DNA of 63,738 nt, filler included, from Lama guanicoe (lineage: Eukaryota): the NCBI GenBank assembly GCA_013239625.1. It is 210 parts of 210 records of this genome, joined end to end, with 100 filler letters (N's around TTAATTAATTAA, not from the genome) between each part and the next. Parts side by side here need not be neighbours in the genome. Positions count along the whole stretch, not along the records: positions 35,567 to 35,770 come from PNXV01032813.1; positions 35,871 to 36,074 come from PNXV01032814.1; positions 36,175 to 36,378 come from PNXV01032815.1; positions 36,479 to 36,682 come from PNXV01032816.1; positions 36,783 to 36,986 come from PNXV01032817.1; positions 37,087 to 37,290 come from PNXV01032818.1; positions 37,391 to 37,594 come from PNXV01032819.1; positions 37,695 to 37,898 come from PNXV01032820.1; 202 more parts are not named here. One strand, written 5' to 3'. A program made the translations under genes and the position numbers. Shown in pieces: positions 35,731 to 48,456 of the stretch (the stretch's first letter is position 1; each line of letters opens with the position of its first letter). The notes under the pieces are model-generated. The model worked only from the letters and a program-made list of their open reading frames with translations, ran no database searches and was not told where the DNA came from.

Positions 35731-37390
35731 TATAGCATCTTGACTTTTGTCTTCATTTGTTACATGCATTNNNNNNNNNNNNNNNNNNNNNNNNNNNNNN
35801 NNNNNNNNNNNNNNTTAATTAATTAANNNNNNNNNNNNNNNNNNNNNNNNNNNNNNNNNNNNNNNNNNNNCTTTAAATACTGAAGGCAAGTTTAGTAATT
35901 ACTAAATCAAACACTGCTACTTTCAACCCATTATACCTTGGCAAAGCCCTGTTCCCTAGAGAGCTGAGATGGAATGAGGAGGGAGACATTAACTGTCTCA
36001 CTTACTGACATAAACTGAGACAAATGCATTCATTCATTCTCCCTTCATCCATCTGCCCCTTCCTTCCTCCAAACNNNNNNNNNNNNNNNNNNNNNNNNNN
36101 NNNNNNNNNNNNNNNNNNTTAATTAATTAANNNNNNNNNNNNNNNNNNNNNNNNNNNNNNNNNNNNNNNNNNNNGTCAGCCACAAGGTTTGACGCTTTAA
36201 TTTGATGTGATTTATAAATTGCCACGGTTAATTCTGTTGTTGCTCCCGAACCCTGCTGTTATGTAAGGCAGCTGCCTTCTGTAGTTGAGGTGTACCTGTA
36301 TCCATTAATGGATGTCTTGGTCGCAGACGCAATTTTATAACAGATGTCATTTACCTAGACTGACACTGCATATGGAAANNNNNNNNNNNNNNNNNNNNNN
36401 NNNNNNNNNNNNNNNNNNNNNNTTAATTAATTAANNNNNNNNNNNNNNNNNNNNNNNNNNNNNNNNNNNNNNNNNNNNAGATCTGCGGACACTTTCCAAA
36501 AGTGACCCCTTTGCTGTCCCTCCCTTGTGGGGCAGCCTCAGGGCTTCTACAGAACTTTCAGGAGCTGCTTATCCATTGTCCTGCCCCTTCCTGATGGACT
36601 CCTCCATAGCTTCACAGATTCAATTTAGAGATTCCTGTGGTCCTGTCAGGGACATGCTGCTGGTGGCCCCACATCTCCCAAGNNNNNNNNNNNNNNNNNN
36701 NNNNNNNNNNNNNNNNNNNNNNNNNNTTAATTAATTAANNNNNNNNNNNNNNNNNNNNNNNNNNNNNNNNNNNNNNNNNNNNTTTCATTATAGGTTATTA
36801 CAAGTTATTGAATCTAGTTCCCTGTGCTCTACAGTAGGACCTTGTTGTCTGGGGAGATAGATTCTTGGGGGAGTTTGTGTGTGTTAATATGAGAGAATCA
36901 GAGATGGGGTTCATTCTTGCACTGGCATCTTTTTGAGTTCTCAGCTAAGTGAACAGTGATGGACTTATGTGGTAGAATCCTTATGCNNNNNNNNNNNNNN
37001 NNNNNNNNNNNNNNNNNNNNNNNNNNNNNNTTAATTAATTAANNNNNNNNNNNNNNNNNNNNNNNNNNNNNNNNNNNNNNNNNNNNAGGGTAACTCCTCC
37101 AGACCCCCAGGAGACCCAAGACTTTTCTAGCTCGCGTGTCTGGACTCTCCTCACTCCTTAAAGCCCTTGACGTGTTTTGCTTAAGTTTGAAGAGTTCCCA
37201 GGTTTCTTTCCTGTCCTGGCCAGTGTCCGTTTTGACCTCCCGGAGGAAAGCGGCAAGAGAGGGGACAGTGTGAAGAAGGAAATACATATGNNNNNNNNNN
37301 NNNNNNNNNNNNNNNNNNNNNNNNNNNNNNNNNNTTAATTAATTAANNNNNNNNNNNNNNNNNNNNNNNNNNNNNNNNNNNNNNNNNNNN

Positions 37391-37594
37391 CAAAAAGGAA
37401 GCAGATTCACATATGTAGAGGACAAACTAGTGGTTACCAATGGGTAGAGAGAAAGGGGGAGGGGCAATATAAGGGTAGAGGAGTAATATTATGTAAAGTA
37501 CAAATATATAAAGGTATAAATTATGTATAAAATAAACTACAAGGTTATATTATACAATGCAGGGAACATAGCCAATATTTTATAATGACTATAA
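37391..37594 (+). mobile_element. L1 3'UTR (laurasiatherian type)
   Basis: 'caaactagtggttaccaatggg...ctacaaggttatattatacaatgcagggaacatagccaatattttataat'. Confidence 0.85.
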
Positions 37595-38010
37595 NNNNNN
37601 NNNNNNNNNNNNNNNNNNNNNNNNNNNNNNNNNNNNNNTTAATTAATTAANNNNNNNNNNNNNNNNNNNNNNNNNNNNNNNNNNNNNNNNNNNNTTGTTG
37701 TTTTTGTTTTTTTCAACATCACTTAAAGAAGTGAAAGCTACTCCAGTTCAGGACTTTGTAATTATCAGCTCTGTGACTGCTCCTGCTGCTCTCTCTTTCC
37801 CCATGCAGGTGGCGGCTGGATGCACTGCTCAGTCCCACACCTGGACCAGAAGCTAAGTCCCCAGCCTCGCCAATGATTCTTGTTAGACTTCCGTGGAGNN
37901 NNNNNNNNNNNNNNNNNNNNNNNNNNNNNNNNNNNNNNNNNNTTAATTAATTAANNNNNNNNNNNNNNNNNNNNNNNNNNNNNNNNNNNNNNNNNNNNCA
38001 GAAAAGACTG

Positions 38011-38202
38011 TCTCCTTCCTTCCTCCCTCCCTTCCTTCCTTCCTTCCCCTCTCCTTCTGTCCCCTCCCTTCCTCCCTCCCTCCTTTCCTCCCTTTCTTCC
38101 TTCTTCCCTCCCTCCCTCTCTTCCTTCATTCCTCCCTTCCTCCCTTCTTCCCTTCTTCCCTCCCTTCCTTCCTCCCTCCTTCGCTCCCTCCCTTCTTCCC
38201 TC
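38011..38202 (+). repeat. Polypyrimidine (CCTT/CCCT)n low-complexity tract
   Basis: About 190 bp almost entirely C/T. Confidence 0.95.
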
Positions 38203-38302
38203 NNNNNNNNNNNNNNNNNNNNNNNNNNNNNNNNNNNNNNNNNNNNTTAATTAATTAANNNNNNNNNNNNNNNNNNNNNNNNNNNNNNNNNNNNNNNNNN
38301 NN

Positions 38303-39114
38303 TTTCACTTCTTTTAGTTTACGTTTTATGTGTTTAGAAGCTCTGTTGTTATGTTCTTAGATGCAAATACTTTCAGGATTACTATGTCGTCTTGATGAAC
38401 TCACCTTTTTATCTATACGCCATGCTCCTTTTTATCCCAAATAATATGCCTTGTGTCGAAGTCTATTTTGTCTAATATTAATACAGACATTTTAATGTTC
38501 TTTTGTNNNNNNNNNNNNNNNNNNNNNNNNNNNNNNNNNNNNNNNNNNNNTTAATTAATTAANNNNNNNNNNNNNNNNNNNNNNNNNNNNNNNNNNNNNN
38601 NNNNNNCAAACCAGCTCAAATAATTTCAACTTAACAGAAGCCATGAAAGGGGAAAGTAAAAAGGAACTCAAAACTTACACAATCATCCTACGTAAATGTT
38701 TGGTTCTCTGTGGGAAGATGGAAGCCTCCAGACCATACTCGCTTCCTCTGTGAACAAAACCTTCTTAGCCTTACCCTCTTGCAACTTCGGGGTGCTGCCA
38801 TGTGATGGGGNNNNNNNNNNNNNNNNNNNNNNNNNNNNNNNNNNNNNNNNNNNNTTAATTAATTAANNNNNNNNNNNNNNNNNNNNNNNNNNNNNNNNNN
38901 NNNNNNNNNNTTTCACTTCTTTTAGTTTACGTTTTATGTGTTTAGAAGCTCTGTTGTTACGTTCTTAGATGCAAATACTTTTAGGATTACTATGTCGTCT
39001 TGATGAACTCACCTTTTTATCTATATGCCATGCTCCTTTTTATCCCAAATAATATGCCTTGTGTTGAAGTCTATTTTGTCTAATATTAATACAGACATTT
39101 TAATGTTCTTTTGT
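38303..39114. repeat. Near-identical contig pair 38303-38506 and 38911-39114 (old L1M-derived; bubble arms)
   Basis: 4 substitutions; 49-bp identical ends; the intervening contig is unrelated. Confidence 0.93.
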
Positions 39115-39518
39115 NNNNNNNNNNNNNNNNNNNNNNNNNNNNNNNNNNNNNNNNNNNNTTAATTAATTAANNNNNNNNNNNNNNNNNNNNNNNNNNNNNN
39201 NNNNNNNNNNNNNNGCAGTGGTTTTCTTTAGAGGTAGACTTTGTCTTTTCTCTCCCCCTAGGATGTCAGCCCTATCTGGGCAGGAGTCATGTCAGTTTAC
39301 CACATTCATCATTTTCTTGTTGTATCTGCAGAGCCCACAATAGTGACTGACACATTTATAGACACTCAATAAATACTTGTTGAATGGATGAGCTCACATG
39401 TTAGAGAACTATCACCCTNNNNNNNNNNNNNNNNNNNNNNNNNNNNNNNNNNNNNNNNNNNNTTAATTAATTAANNNNNNNNNNNNNNNNNNNNNNNNNN
39501 NNNNNNNNNNNNNNNNNN

Positions 39519-39722
39519 GTTGATTGCATTGAGTCCACAGAAGGAGAGGTGGAGCAGCAGGATGTCTATGCCAGACCCTTTGCAAATCCATAAATATAAT
39601 TAGCAGCAACAAGAGAGAGGCAGACATGTCAGGACACTTTGTTTCCATATGACAAGGGTTTGCAGATGGCCATGTAGCGGCCATAAGCCATCACTGCGAA
39701 CATGTAATAATCTGTGATCACC
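39519..39722 (-). pseudogene. Olfactory receptor pseudogene fragment (OR5M-like), TM3-TM4
   Basis: VITDYYMFAVMAYGRYMAICKPLSYGNKVS*HVCLSLVAANYIYGFAKGLA*T then frameshift to ILLLHLSFCGLNAIN; MAYDRY altered to MAYGRY; stops at 39631-39629 and 39568-39566. Confidence 0.95.
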
Positions 39723-40734
39723 NNNNNNNNNNNNNNNNNNNNNNNNNNNNNNNNNNNNNNNNNNNNTTAATTAATTAANNNNNNNNNNNNNNNNNNNNNN
39801 NNNNNNNNNNNNNNNNNNNNNNTATTTTTTTTCAGTGAGACATCATCCTTTCTCATGGTCTCCATCAGTCTCTGTATTTGTGCTTTACAATAACCCATGT
39901 TAGAGCTTGTACAAAGGTCCAGTTCCATATCTCAAACCACCACCTCCACATTTTCAATGTCAGCAAATATAACGTCTGTGGTACCACACTTATAACAATT
40001 CCTTTTAAACCAGTTCTTTTGCCAAANNNNNNNNNNNNNNNNNNNNNNNNNNNNNNNNNNNNNNNNNNNNTTAATTAATTAANNNNNNNNNNNNNNNNNN
40101 NNNNNNNNNNNNNNNNNNNNNNNNNNCTAAGATAAGCCATAGGATAAAATTTAAAAGTCAAAAAGAGAAATTGAACACATAAATATTAGGCTAAATAATA
40201 TAAACCAAATTAGGCAATTATACAGATATAAATTAAGCCAGTGGAAGAAATAAGCAGAAAACAAATAAAGTGATGGGATTAAAAAAAAAACAGAAAGATT
40301 ACAGACATAAGCCCAAATATATCAGTGATTNNNNNNNNNNNNNNNNNNNNNNNNNNNNNNNNNNNNNNNNNNNNTTAATTAATTAANNNNNNNNNNNNNN
40401 NNNNNNNNNNNNNNNNNNNNNNNNNNNNNNTCTTATCCTTAATCACACACACCTGGTAAAAGCAAGTCCAGGGCTGAACATGCGGCTTTTGGCTGACAGG
40501 ACTTCAGGATGGTTGTTGCTGTTCTCAGAAAAATGAAATCAATTTTCACCCCAGCTCAAAGTCCTACAGACTTCTAAGCTACCTAATTTCTCATTGACTT
40601 AAGGCAGAGATGAAAGTCATTTGGCTAATCCAACNNNNNNNNNNNNNNNNNNNNNNNNNNNNNNNNNNNNNNNNNNNNTTAATTAATTAANNNNNNNNNN
40701 NNNNNNNNNNNNNNNNNNNNNNNNNNNNNNNNNN

Positions 40735-40938
40735 TAGAACTGGAACAAATAATCCTAAAATTTGTATGGAATAACGAAAGATCCATTATTGTCAAAGCAA
40801 AACTGAAGAAAAAGAATGAAGCTGGAGGAATAACCCAGTCAGATGTCAGAAAATACTACAGAGCTACAGTAATCAAAACAGTAAGCATAGTATTGGTGTA
40901 AAAACAGACATATGGATCAATGGAACAGAATAGAGAGC
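40735..40938 (+). mobile_element. L1 ORF2 fragment (post-RT region)
   Basis: ELEQIILKFVWNNERSIIVKAKLKKKNEAGGITQSDVRKYYRATVIKTV...KNRHMDQWNRIES. Confidence 0.95.
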
Positions 40939-42328
40939 NNNNNNNNNNNNNNNNNNNNNNNNNNNNNNNNNNNNNNNNNNNNTTAATTAATTAANNNNNN
41001 NNNNNNNNNNNNNNNNNNNNNNNNNNNNNNNNNNNNNNGACAGAGGGGCAAATTAGGGGTCTGAACTTGTCATTTTTTAAGGACGACCTGGGAATGAGGG
41101 TAACACCTGTGTCCTAAAGTTGTGACGCTTAAATGAACGAACCAGAGAATTCACTAAAATTTGTGGCACCAAGGAACAACACAGTCCATGAGTGCTACCG
41201 GAGGAATTCTTTACAAAAACATTATATACAGATTACAGTGCTNNNNNNNNNNNNNNNNNNNNNNNNNNNNNNNNNNNNNNNNNNNNTTAATTAATTAANN
41301 NNNNNNNNNNNNNNNNNNNNNNNNNNNNNNNNNNNNNNNNNNGAATTGTGAGGCTACAGGTAGCTATAACTCAAAATACTAGGCAAAATAGTGTATTAGC
41401 TGGAAAAGAGGTGAGGAAAGTTAAAGCATTCTAAGGATCTTAAATTTGGGAGAAGGGAAATAGAGCTACTGAATAATTTTAGACATTATTAAATTGTTTG
41501 CATGTTAAAATATCTAGGGCAACCACTAAAAGAATAAGCATATAAGNNNNNNNNNNNNNNNNNNNNNNNNNNNNNNNNNNNNNNNNNNNNTTAATTAATT
41601 AANNNNNNNNNNNNNNNNNNNNNNNNNNNNNNNNNNNNNNNNNNNNCCTGGAACTTGCCTCTTAAGAGGGCCATGGCAGGGAAGGTGCACGTGAAGAAGT
41701 GTCTGCCTGTCAATGGAAGTGTGTAGTTTCCTAATTCAAAATAGAGGGTAGAAGGCCTAATCAGTTTAATTAGGTTCCATTTGATTAGTTTTGCTTTTAT
41801 TTCGATTGCCTCGGTAGACCGCCCTAGGAAAACACGTTGCTACAATTTATNNNNNNNNNNNNNNNNNNNNNNNNNNNNNNNNNNNNNNNNNNNNTTAATT
41901 AATTAANNNNNNNNNNNNNNNNNNNNNNNNNNNNNNNNNNNNNNNNNNNNAAAACCTGACTAAAACCCACAGCTTCCCACATCCAGCCCTTCCTCTCCCA
42001 GGGCCACTGAGGAGGGCTTCCCCTCAGCTGTAAGCCCCTCACGGGAAACTTCTCCTCACTTTCCCTCATTTTTCCTTTCTCCTCACCTTCTCTTCAGTGC
42101 AGCACCTCCTGTTGGGTCCTGAGGAGACTGGACTCCTGTCAGCGTGGACATAACNNNNNNNNNNNNNNNNNNNNNNNNNNNNNNNNNNNNNNNNNNNNTT
42201 AATTAATTAANNNNNNNNNNNNNNNNNNNNNNNNNNNNNNNNNNNNNNNNNNNNTTCCCAAACTTAGATGCAGACAGGACCTCAGACATCACTCAGAATC
42301 ACTCAAGGCAGACAGCAGACCTCCAGCG

Positions 42329-42458
42329 ATCAAATCCCAACTCATCCACTTATCAGCTGTATATCCCTAGGCAATTTACTTAACCTCTGTGAGCCTCTGT
42401 TTCTCCACCTGTAAAATGGGAGTAATACTGGGATTTATCTCTGAGAGCTGTTGCGAGG
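42329..42458 (+). mobile_element. MIR SINE core
   Basis: 'caaatccca..tc..ccactta..agctgt...ggcaatttacttaacctctgtgagcctctgtttctccacctgtaaaatggg'. Confidence 0.9.
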
Positions 42459-42862
42459 NNNNNNNNNNNNNNNNNNNNNNNNNNNNNNNNNNNNNNNNNN
42501 NNTTAATTAATTAANNNNNNNNNNNNNNNNNNNNNNNNNNNNNNNNNNNNNNNNNNNNCCTTCCTCCACCTGGGAACCGTAAGTTTGTTTCCTATGTCTC
42601 TGAGTCTGTTCCTGTTTTGTAATTGAGTTTGTCCCATTTTTAAGTTCACAAAGTATTTTTTTAATGCACAAAAGATTTCAGCAGGCACTTTATCAAAGGC
42701 CATACAGAGATGGTGAATGAACACATGAAAAAATGTTCAACACCATTAGTCATTAGGGAAATNNNNNNNNNNNNNNNNNNNNNNNNNNNNNNNNNNNNNN
42801 NNNNNNTTAATTAATTAANNNNNNNNNNNNNNNNNNNNNNNNNNNNNNNNNNNNNNNNNNNN

Positions 42863-43010
42863 ACTGTCACAATTGAAGTGGGCAGAGATGGTGCTACTAC
42901 AACCTAGTGGGTAGAGGCCAGGGATGGGTCTAGACATCCTATGACGCACAGGACAGCCACCACACAGAGACTCACCCAGCCCAAAATGTGAATGGTGCCA
43001 AAGTTGAGTA
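42863..43010 (+). mobile_element. MER20 hAT-Charlie fragment
   Basis: 'tgtcacaa...gtgctact..a.ctagtgggtagaggccagggatg...acatcctatgacgcacaggacagcc...cagcccaaaatgtgaatggtgccaaagttgag'. Confidence 0.88.
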
Positions 43011-43470
43011 CACATATCTAAGACACAGGAAGAACACTGGGGCAAAGTCATGAGTCCTGATTCTTCNNNNNNNNNNNNNNNNNNNNNNNNNNNNNNNNNN
43101 NNNNNNNNNNTTAATTAATTAANNNNNNNNNNNNNNNNNNNNNNNNNNNNNNNNNNNNNNNNNNNNAATAATATATGTAACATGTTAATGGTACCATATG
43201 TTCTGAAAGAATAAACCTGGAAAGGAGTTTATAGCACGCAGACCTCTTTGTACCACCCTCCTTTCTCAGGGGACCCCTGTAGATGTCATTTTCTTTCTTT
43301 GGAATCTCATTTTCTGCAAAACTTTGCCTAGTTTTCCTTCTATTGATCTTGCATTAGTTCACCTCAAGTGNNNNNNNNNNNNNNNNNNNNNNNNNNNNNN
43401 NNNNNNNNNNNNNNTTAATTAATTAANNNNNNNNNNNNNNNNNNNNNNNNNNNNNNNNNNNNNNNNNNNN

Positions 43471-43674
43471 CTGCCTCACAGGTCACCAGGGCAACGCAGA
43501 TCAGAGCCGCCACGCTTGCAGGGAAATGCGTTTCCTCTGCGTGTTAGCGCAGTGACGTGCGTGCACGTGCCTTCCCTCTTAGGTGGGGCTAGTTTAGTGT
43601 GCTTGTCAATCGTCTGCGTCTGTGTTATGCTTTGTCGTCCGGACCTGCTGGTAAGTGAGAGACGTGCAAGGCGA
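43471..43674 (+). promoter_or_regulatory. Candidate promoter and first exon with RFX X-box
   Basis: X-box GTCACCAGGGCAAC (43482-43495), TGACGT (43553-43558), CACGTG (43564-43569), retained CpGs, donor CTG|GTAAGT (43651-43656). Confidence 0.5.
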
Positions 43675-45902
43675 NNNNNNNNNNNNNNNNNNNNNNNNNN
43701 NNNNNNNNNNNNNNNNNNTTAATTAATTAANNNNNNNNNNNNNNNNNNNNNNNNNNNNNNNNNNNNNNNNNNNNTTTTTTTTTTCTACACAGATCAGCTA
43801 GACCGACTTCACCTTAAATATCATCATCAGTCAGTCACACTTCAGTTTCATTTGGGAAATTCCAAATTCATAGGTTTGAAGGCTCTTGCACTTTCTTCAT
43901 TCATGGAACAAATTACATTATCAAACTAGCCCCTTCTCGGTTCCTGCCAGGATGGGGGTGAGCAGGAACCAAAAAAAANNNNNNNNNNNNNNNNNNNNNN
44001 NNNNNNNNNNNNNNNNNNNNNNTTAATTAATTAANNNNNNNNNNNNNNNNNNNNNNNNNNNNNNNNNNNNNNNNNNNNCTCTTGTGTGATGTGTCACACC
44101 ACGTTCCTTATTGCTCTCCAGGGCTCTGTGACTACCTGAGGTGTCACTTCCCTTGTTGTGAAAAGGGACCAGGGTGGGAATTCTGAACAACTCAAACCCC
44201 AGCACATGGGGACAGACTCAAGGAGATCACCACTGTGGCCCTTTGTTTTATTGTTGATACTGAGAAACCCAAGTTGACCTGGNNNNNNNNNNNNNNNNNN
44301 NNNNNNNNNNNNNNNNNNNNNNNNNNTTAATTAATTAANNNNNNNNNNNNNNNNNNNNNNNNNNNNNNNNNNNNNNNNNNNNAATCTAATTACAAGAAAA
44401 ACTAAGTGCGTATAAAGTTCATATAAAAAACAAATAACAGTAGCAACAAAAAAAGACAATTAAAACTTTCAGCAGGTTAAAACACTTACCCTCAAAAATT
44501 AAAAATGGAGACAATTGAGTGTGACATTCATAATATCAATATAAAAATATAATTAAGAAATTACTTACTTGAAAGAAAGCAAGAGANNNNNNNNNNNNNN
44601 NNNNNNNNNNNNNNNNNNNNNNNNNNNNNNTTAATTAATTAANNNNNNNNNNNNNNNNNNNNNNNNNNNNNNNNNNNNNNNNNNNNCAGACTCCGGGAAG
44701 CGCCCTAGTCAAGATGTCCGAGTTCCAGTCCCAGCCCCTCAGCTTATTAGCTGCATGACATTGGGTCAATCGATTGACTTCTCTGGTTTCTCGTTTTTCC
44801 CACCCTTAAAATGATACCATTGCATGAAATTATCTGTTACGTGGCTAAAAATGTTTTAGGCATTGAAACCTCTCCTTTGCGTAGATCATCNNNNNNNNNN
44901 NNNNNNNNNNNNNNNNNNNNNNNNNNNNNNNNNNTTAATTAATTAANNNNNNNNNNNNNNNNNNNNNNNNNNNNNNNNNNNNNNNNNNNNAAAAGGAAAC
45001 TGCTAGTCAGTGTATCAGCTGTCTCCCAGTGTAAGAGCTGGCTGTTAAGAGAAGACTGGGCATTGGGAAGGGAATCACTTTGTGCCTGGAGTCACGTCCT
45101 AACAGACATGTTAACTTTTCCAAAGTGCTCACTTCTGAGCTTCCAGCAGGGAGCGCTCCCCTCACAGTGTAGCCAGAACCATCATTTTGTTCTCNNNNNN
45201 NNNNNNNNNNNNNNNNNNNNNNNNNNNNNNNNNNNNNNTTAATTAATTAANNNNNNNNNNNNNNNNNNNNNNNNNNNNNNNNNNNNNNNNNNNNGGAGTG
45301 TGATTGTTTGTTGCAAACTTTCTGGTGTCGGAACCCTTTGTTCCTGCAGATGGCTCAGGTCAGGGTGTCCCTGTAAATCTATAATGAAACAGATGTTGTT
45401 TTCTGTCCTGCAACTTTTTATCTTCCTATGAATAGGAAAGTATTATACTGCTCAGGGCCTTGAGAATAGGTGATCCTGTATGTTTCAGACTCTAGGCANN
45501 NNNNNNNNNNNNNNNNNNNNNNNNNNNNNNNNNNNNNNNNNNTTAATTAATTAANNNNNNNNNNNNNNNNNNNNNNNNNNNNNNNNNNNNNNNNNNNNGG
45601 CCTAGGAAAACACTTAGGGAAGTCAAGCTAAGTGATTCTATTAAAACACAGGTGCTGCTGTGTGTTGGAGAAACCTCCCCACCTCAAAACCCCAGAACTC
45701 AACTTCCTGTGTGTGCTGGACGTGGGGAAATATAGCACACACAATTTTCATCTATCACAGTAATTCCCAAGTTGTGGGTTGTAGTTTAAACATCTCCACT
45801 GCNNNNNNNNNNNNNNNNNNNNNNNNNNNNNNNNNNNNNNNNNNNNTTAATTAATTAANNNNNNNNNNNNNNNNNNNNNNNNNNNNNNNNNNNNNNNNNN
45901 NN

Positions 45903-46106
45903 GCATAACATAACATTTACTATTTAAACCATTTTAAATACACAGTACTATTGCACGGACTACATTTACACAGTTGTACAAATATTCTCACCATCTGTTT
46001 CCAAAATTTACTCATTTTCCCCAAGTGACACTGTATCTATTAACGCTAACTCCCCTCAGCCCCTGGCAATGATCTTCTTTCTCTCTCTGAATTTGGCTTC
46101 TCTGGA
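45903..46106 (-). mobile_element. L1MB 3' terminus
   Basis: 'cataacatttactatttaaaccattttaaatacacag...caccatctgtttccaaaattt...taactcccctcagcccctggcaa'. Confidence 0.8.
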
Positions 46107-47129
46107 NNNNNNNNNNNNNNNNNNNNNNNNNNNNNNNNNNNNNNNNNNNNTTAATTAATTAANNNNNNNNNNNNNNNNNNNNNNNNNNNNNNNNNNNNNN
46201 NNNNNNGCAGGTGCAGCGGCAGATCTGGGCCACCCCGTCTCCAGAGGCACCGCCTCCTCTGGGCTCACGACCCCTTTTGGAGCAGGGCCACCTGGCTGCA
46301 CGTCTCCAACTCCGCTTCTTACAGCAAAGCCTGCCTTCCTGCCTTTCAGTGTCAACCCCCCACTCCTCGCAGACGGCTTGAGGATTTACCAGCAAGCGTG
46401 GACGAGTGGGNNNNNNNNNNNNNNNNNNNNNNNNNNNNNNNNNNNNNNNNNNNNTTAATTAATTAANNNNNNNNNNNNNNNNNNNNNNNNNNNNNNNNNN
46501 NNNNNNNNNNTGACTTTTCCAGCTTTCAAAAGTCTTAACTATTTCGTTGGCTGGTCACACTGGATTTGTCTGCGTGGCAGAAAGATGAGCAGCACGTAAA
46601 CATGTTCAAATCCATGCCCACGATCCTGTGCGTAGTAGGGCCAGACTGGCTGATGACCTTGATCGTAAAATCATGGTCAGAATCTCTGAGCAGTAATCTT
46701 TGACCTTCATGTGTNNNNNNNNNNNNNNNNNNNNNNNNNNNNNNNNNNNNNNNNNNNNTTAATTAATTAANNNNNNNNNNNNNNNNNNNNNNNNNNNNNN
46801 NNNNNNNNNNNNNNTTCTCCCTGGACACTGCAAGGAATTAAATTCATAGTTTTTTTATATGCAGAATATTAAATGGCTTATGTAGTGTTTATAAATATAA
46901 AACAGGGCCGATCCTGATGGTTTTGACGTTTACCCAGGAAAAAAATCTCATGGGGAGGAAGAACAGTGGCTGGGAGGGAGGGGATGGTAAAGAGACAGTT
47001 AAATACTGAAGAGCAGGANNNNNNNNNNNNNNNNNNNNNNNNNNNNNNNNNNNNNNNNNNNNTTAATTAATTAANNNNNNNNNNNNNNNNNNNNNNNNNN
47101 NNNNNNNNNNNNNNNNNNCAATTTGACAG

Positions 47130-47322
47130 TGTTGAACTTTATGAGAGCCTTGTGCTCCCGGAAAATATTGAAGTGTAAGAAGCCTTCCCAGCCTTTTGCG
47201 TTCTGGGAAGTGGCTTACTGCAAGTAACACCTTTCCCCATGTGACTTAGACAAGACAAGGCAGACAAGGACCCTCCAAATTCCCATTTATTTGGTTACAT
47301 ACATGATTAGCTGAATTACTGA
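47130..47322 (+). mobile_element. ERV1 LTR fragment (MER34-like)
   Basis: 'cttttgcgttctgggaagtggcttactgcaa...ttccccatgtgacttagacaagac' resembles MER34. Confidence 0.55.
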
Positions 47323-48334
47323 NNNNNNNNNNNNNNNNNNNNNNNNNNNNNNNNNNNNNNNNNNNNTTAATTAATTAANNNNNNNNNNNNNNNNNNNNNN
47401 NNNNNNNNNNNNNNNNNNNNNNGGATGGTGCTGGCAGGAGAGTAGTGGCCCGACCTGGGGGTCCTGCCTCTCTTTTTATGGGGCTTCCCACCTCAATAAT
47501 ATTAATATATTATAGTGTTTGACCCTATGCCTTGAATGTAGTAGTCTACTTCCATTAAATGTTATTCTTTGTCTTTTTCAATGACTAAGGTGGAATACGC
47601 TGATGGAGGAAGGTGGTTGGGAAAGANNNNNNNNNNNNNNNNNNNNNNNNNNNNNNNNNNNNNNNNNNNNTTAATTAATTAANNNNNNNNNNNNNNNNNN
47701 NNNNNNNNNNNNNNNNNNNNNNNNNNGCTTTCCGGCTGAAGGAGAAGGACATGCAGTGGCTGTGCCTCTGCTGTGTGCCTGACGGGGCCACAGGGGTGGA
47801 CCTGCCCAGATCCGACACTCACAGAGCTTGCGGTCCGGCGGCCGTCACAGGGATGGGCAGGAGCTGGCCTTCGAGGGGGCGTGCCGGGGTGCCTGGGAAG
47901 CTGCACAACTTTCCCGTGCTTTCCACAGCTNNNNNNNNNNNNNNNNNNNNNNNNNNNNNNNNNNNNNNNNNNNNTTAATTAATTAANNNNNNNNNNNNNN
48001 NNNNNNNNNNNNNNNNNNNNNNNNNNNNNNCTGCCTCCCTAAGTTCAGGGAAGTATTTTCTCGGACTTCCCCGTTCAGGAAACATCTGTGAATTAAGAGA
48101 GCTGCGTGGAGTTTTCTCTCGAGCTCCCACACGGACAGACAATAGTTCCGGAATCCTGAGCGTGTGGAGGTTCCAACAACGGTCATCAGCGCGTGGGTTC
48201 TAACGGAATGCCTAAGCTCGAATCCCCTGGGTTTNNNNNNNNNNNNNNNNNNNNNNNNNNNNNNNNNNNNNNNNNNNNTTAATTAATTAANNNNNNNNNN
48301 NNNNNNNNNNNNNNNNNNNNNNNNNNNNNNNNNN

Positions 48335-48456
48335 GAAACCTACCTTGCCGGCACCATGATCTTGGGCTTCCCAGCCTCCAGAATTGTGAGAAATAGGTTT
48401 TTGTTGTTTAAGCCAACCAGTCTATGGTTGCTATGGCAACCCAAGTGGACCAATAT
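48335..48456 (+). mobile_element. MaLR LTR 3' end (MLT1A/B-like)
   Basis: 'gccggcaccatgatcttgggcttcccagcctccagaattgtgagaaata..ttt.tgttgtttaagcca.ccagtctatgg'. Confidence 0.9.

Noticed and set aside
37947..38129. Glu/Gly/Arg/Lys-rich ORF
   Set aside because: It is the translation of a purine-rich simple repeat.
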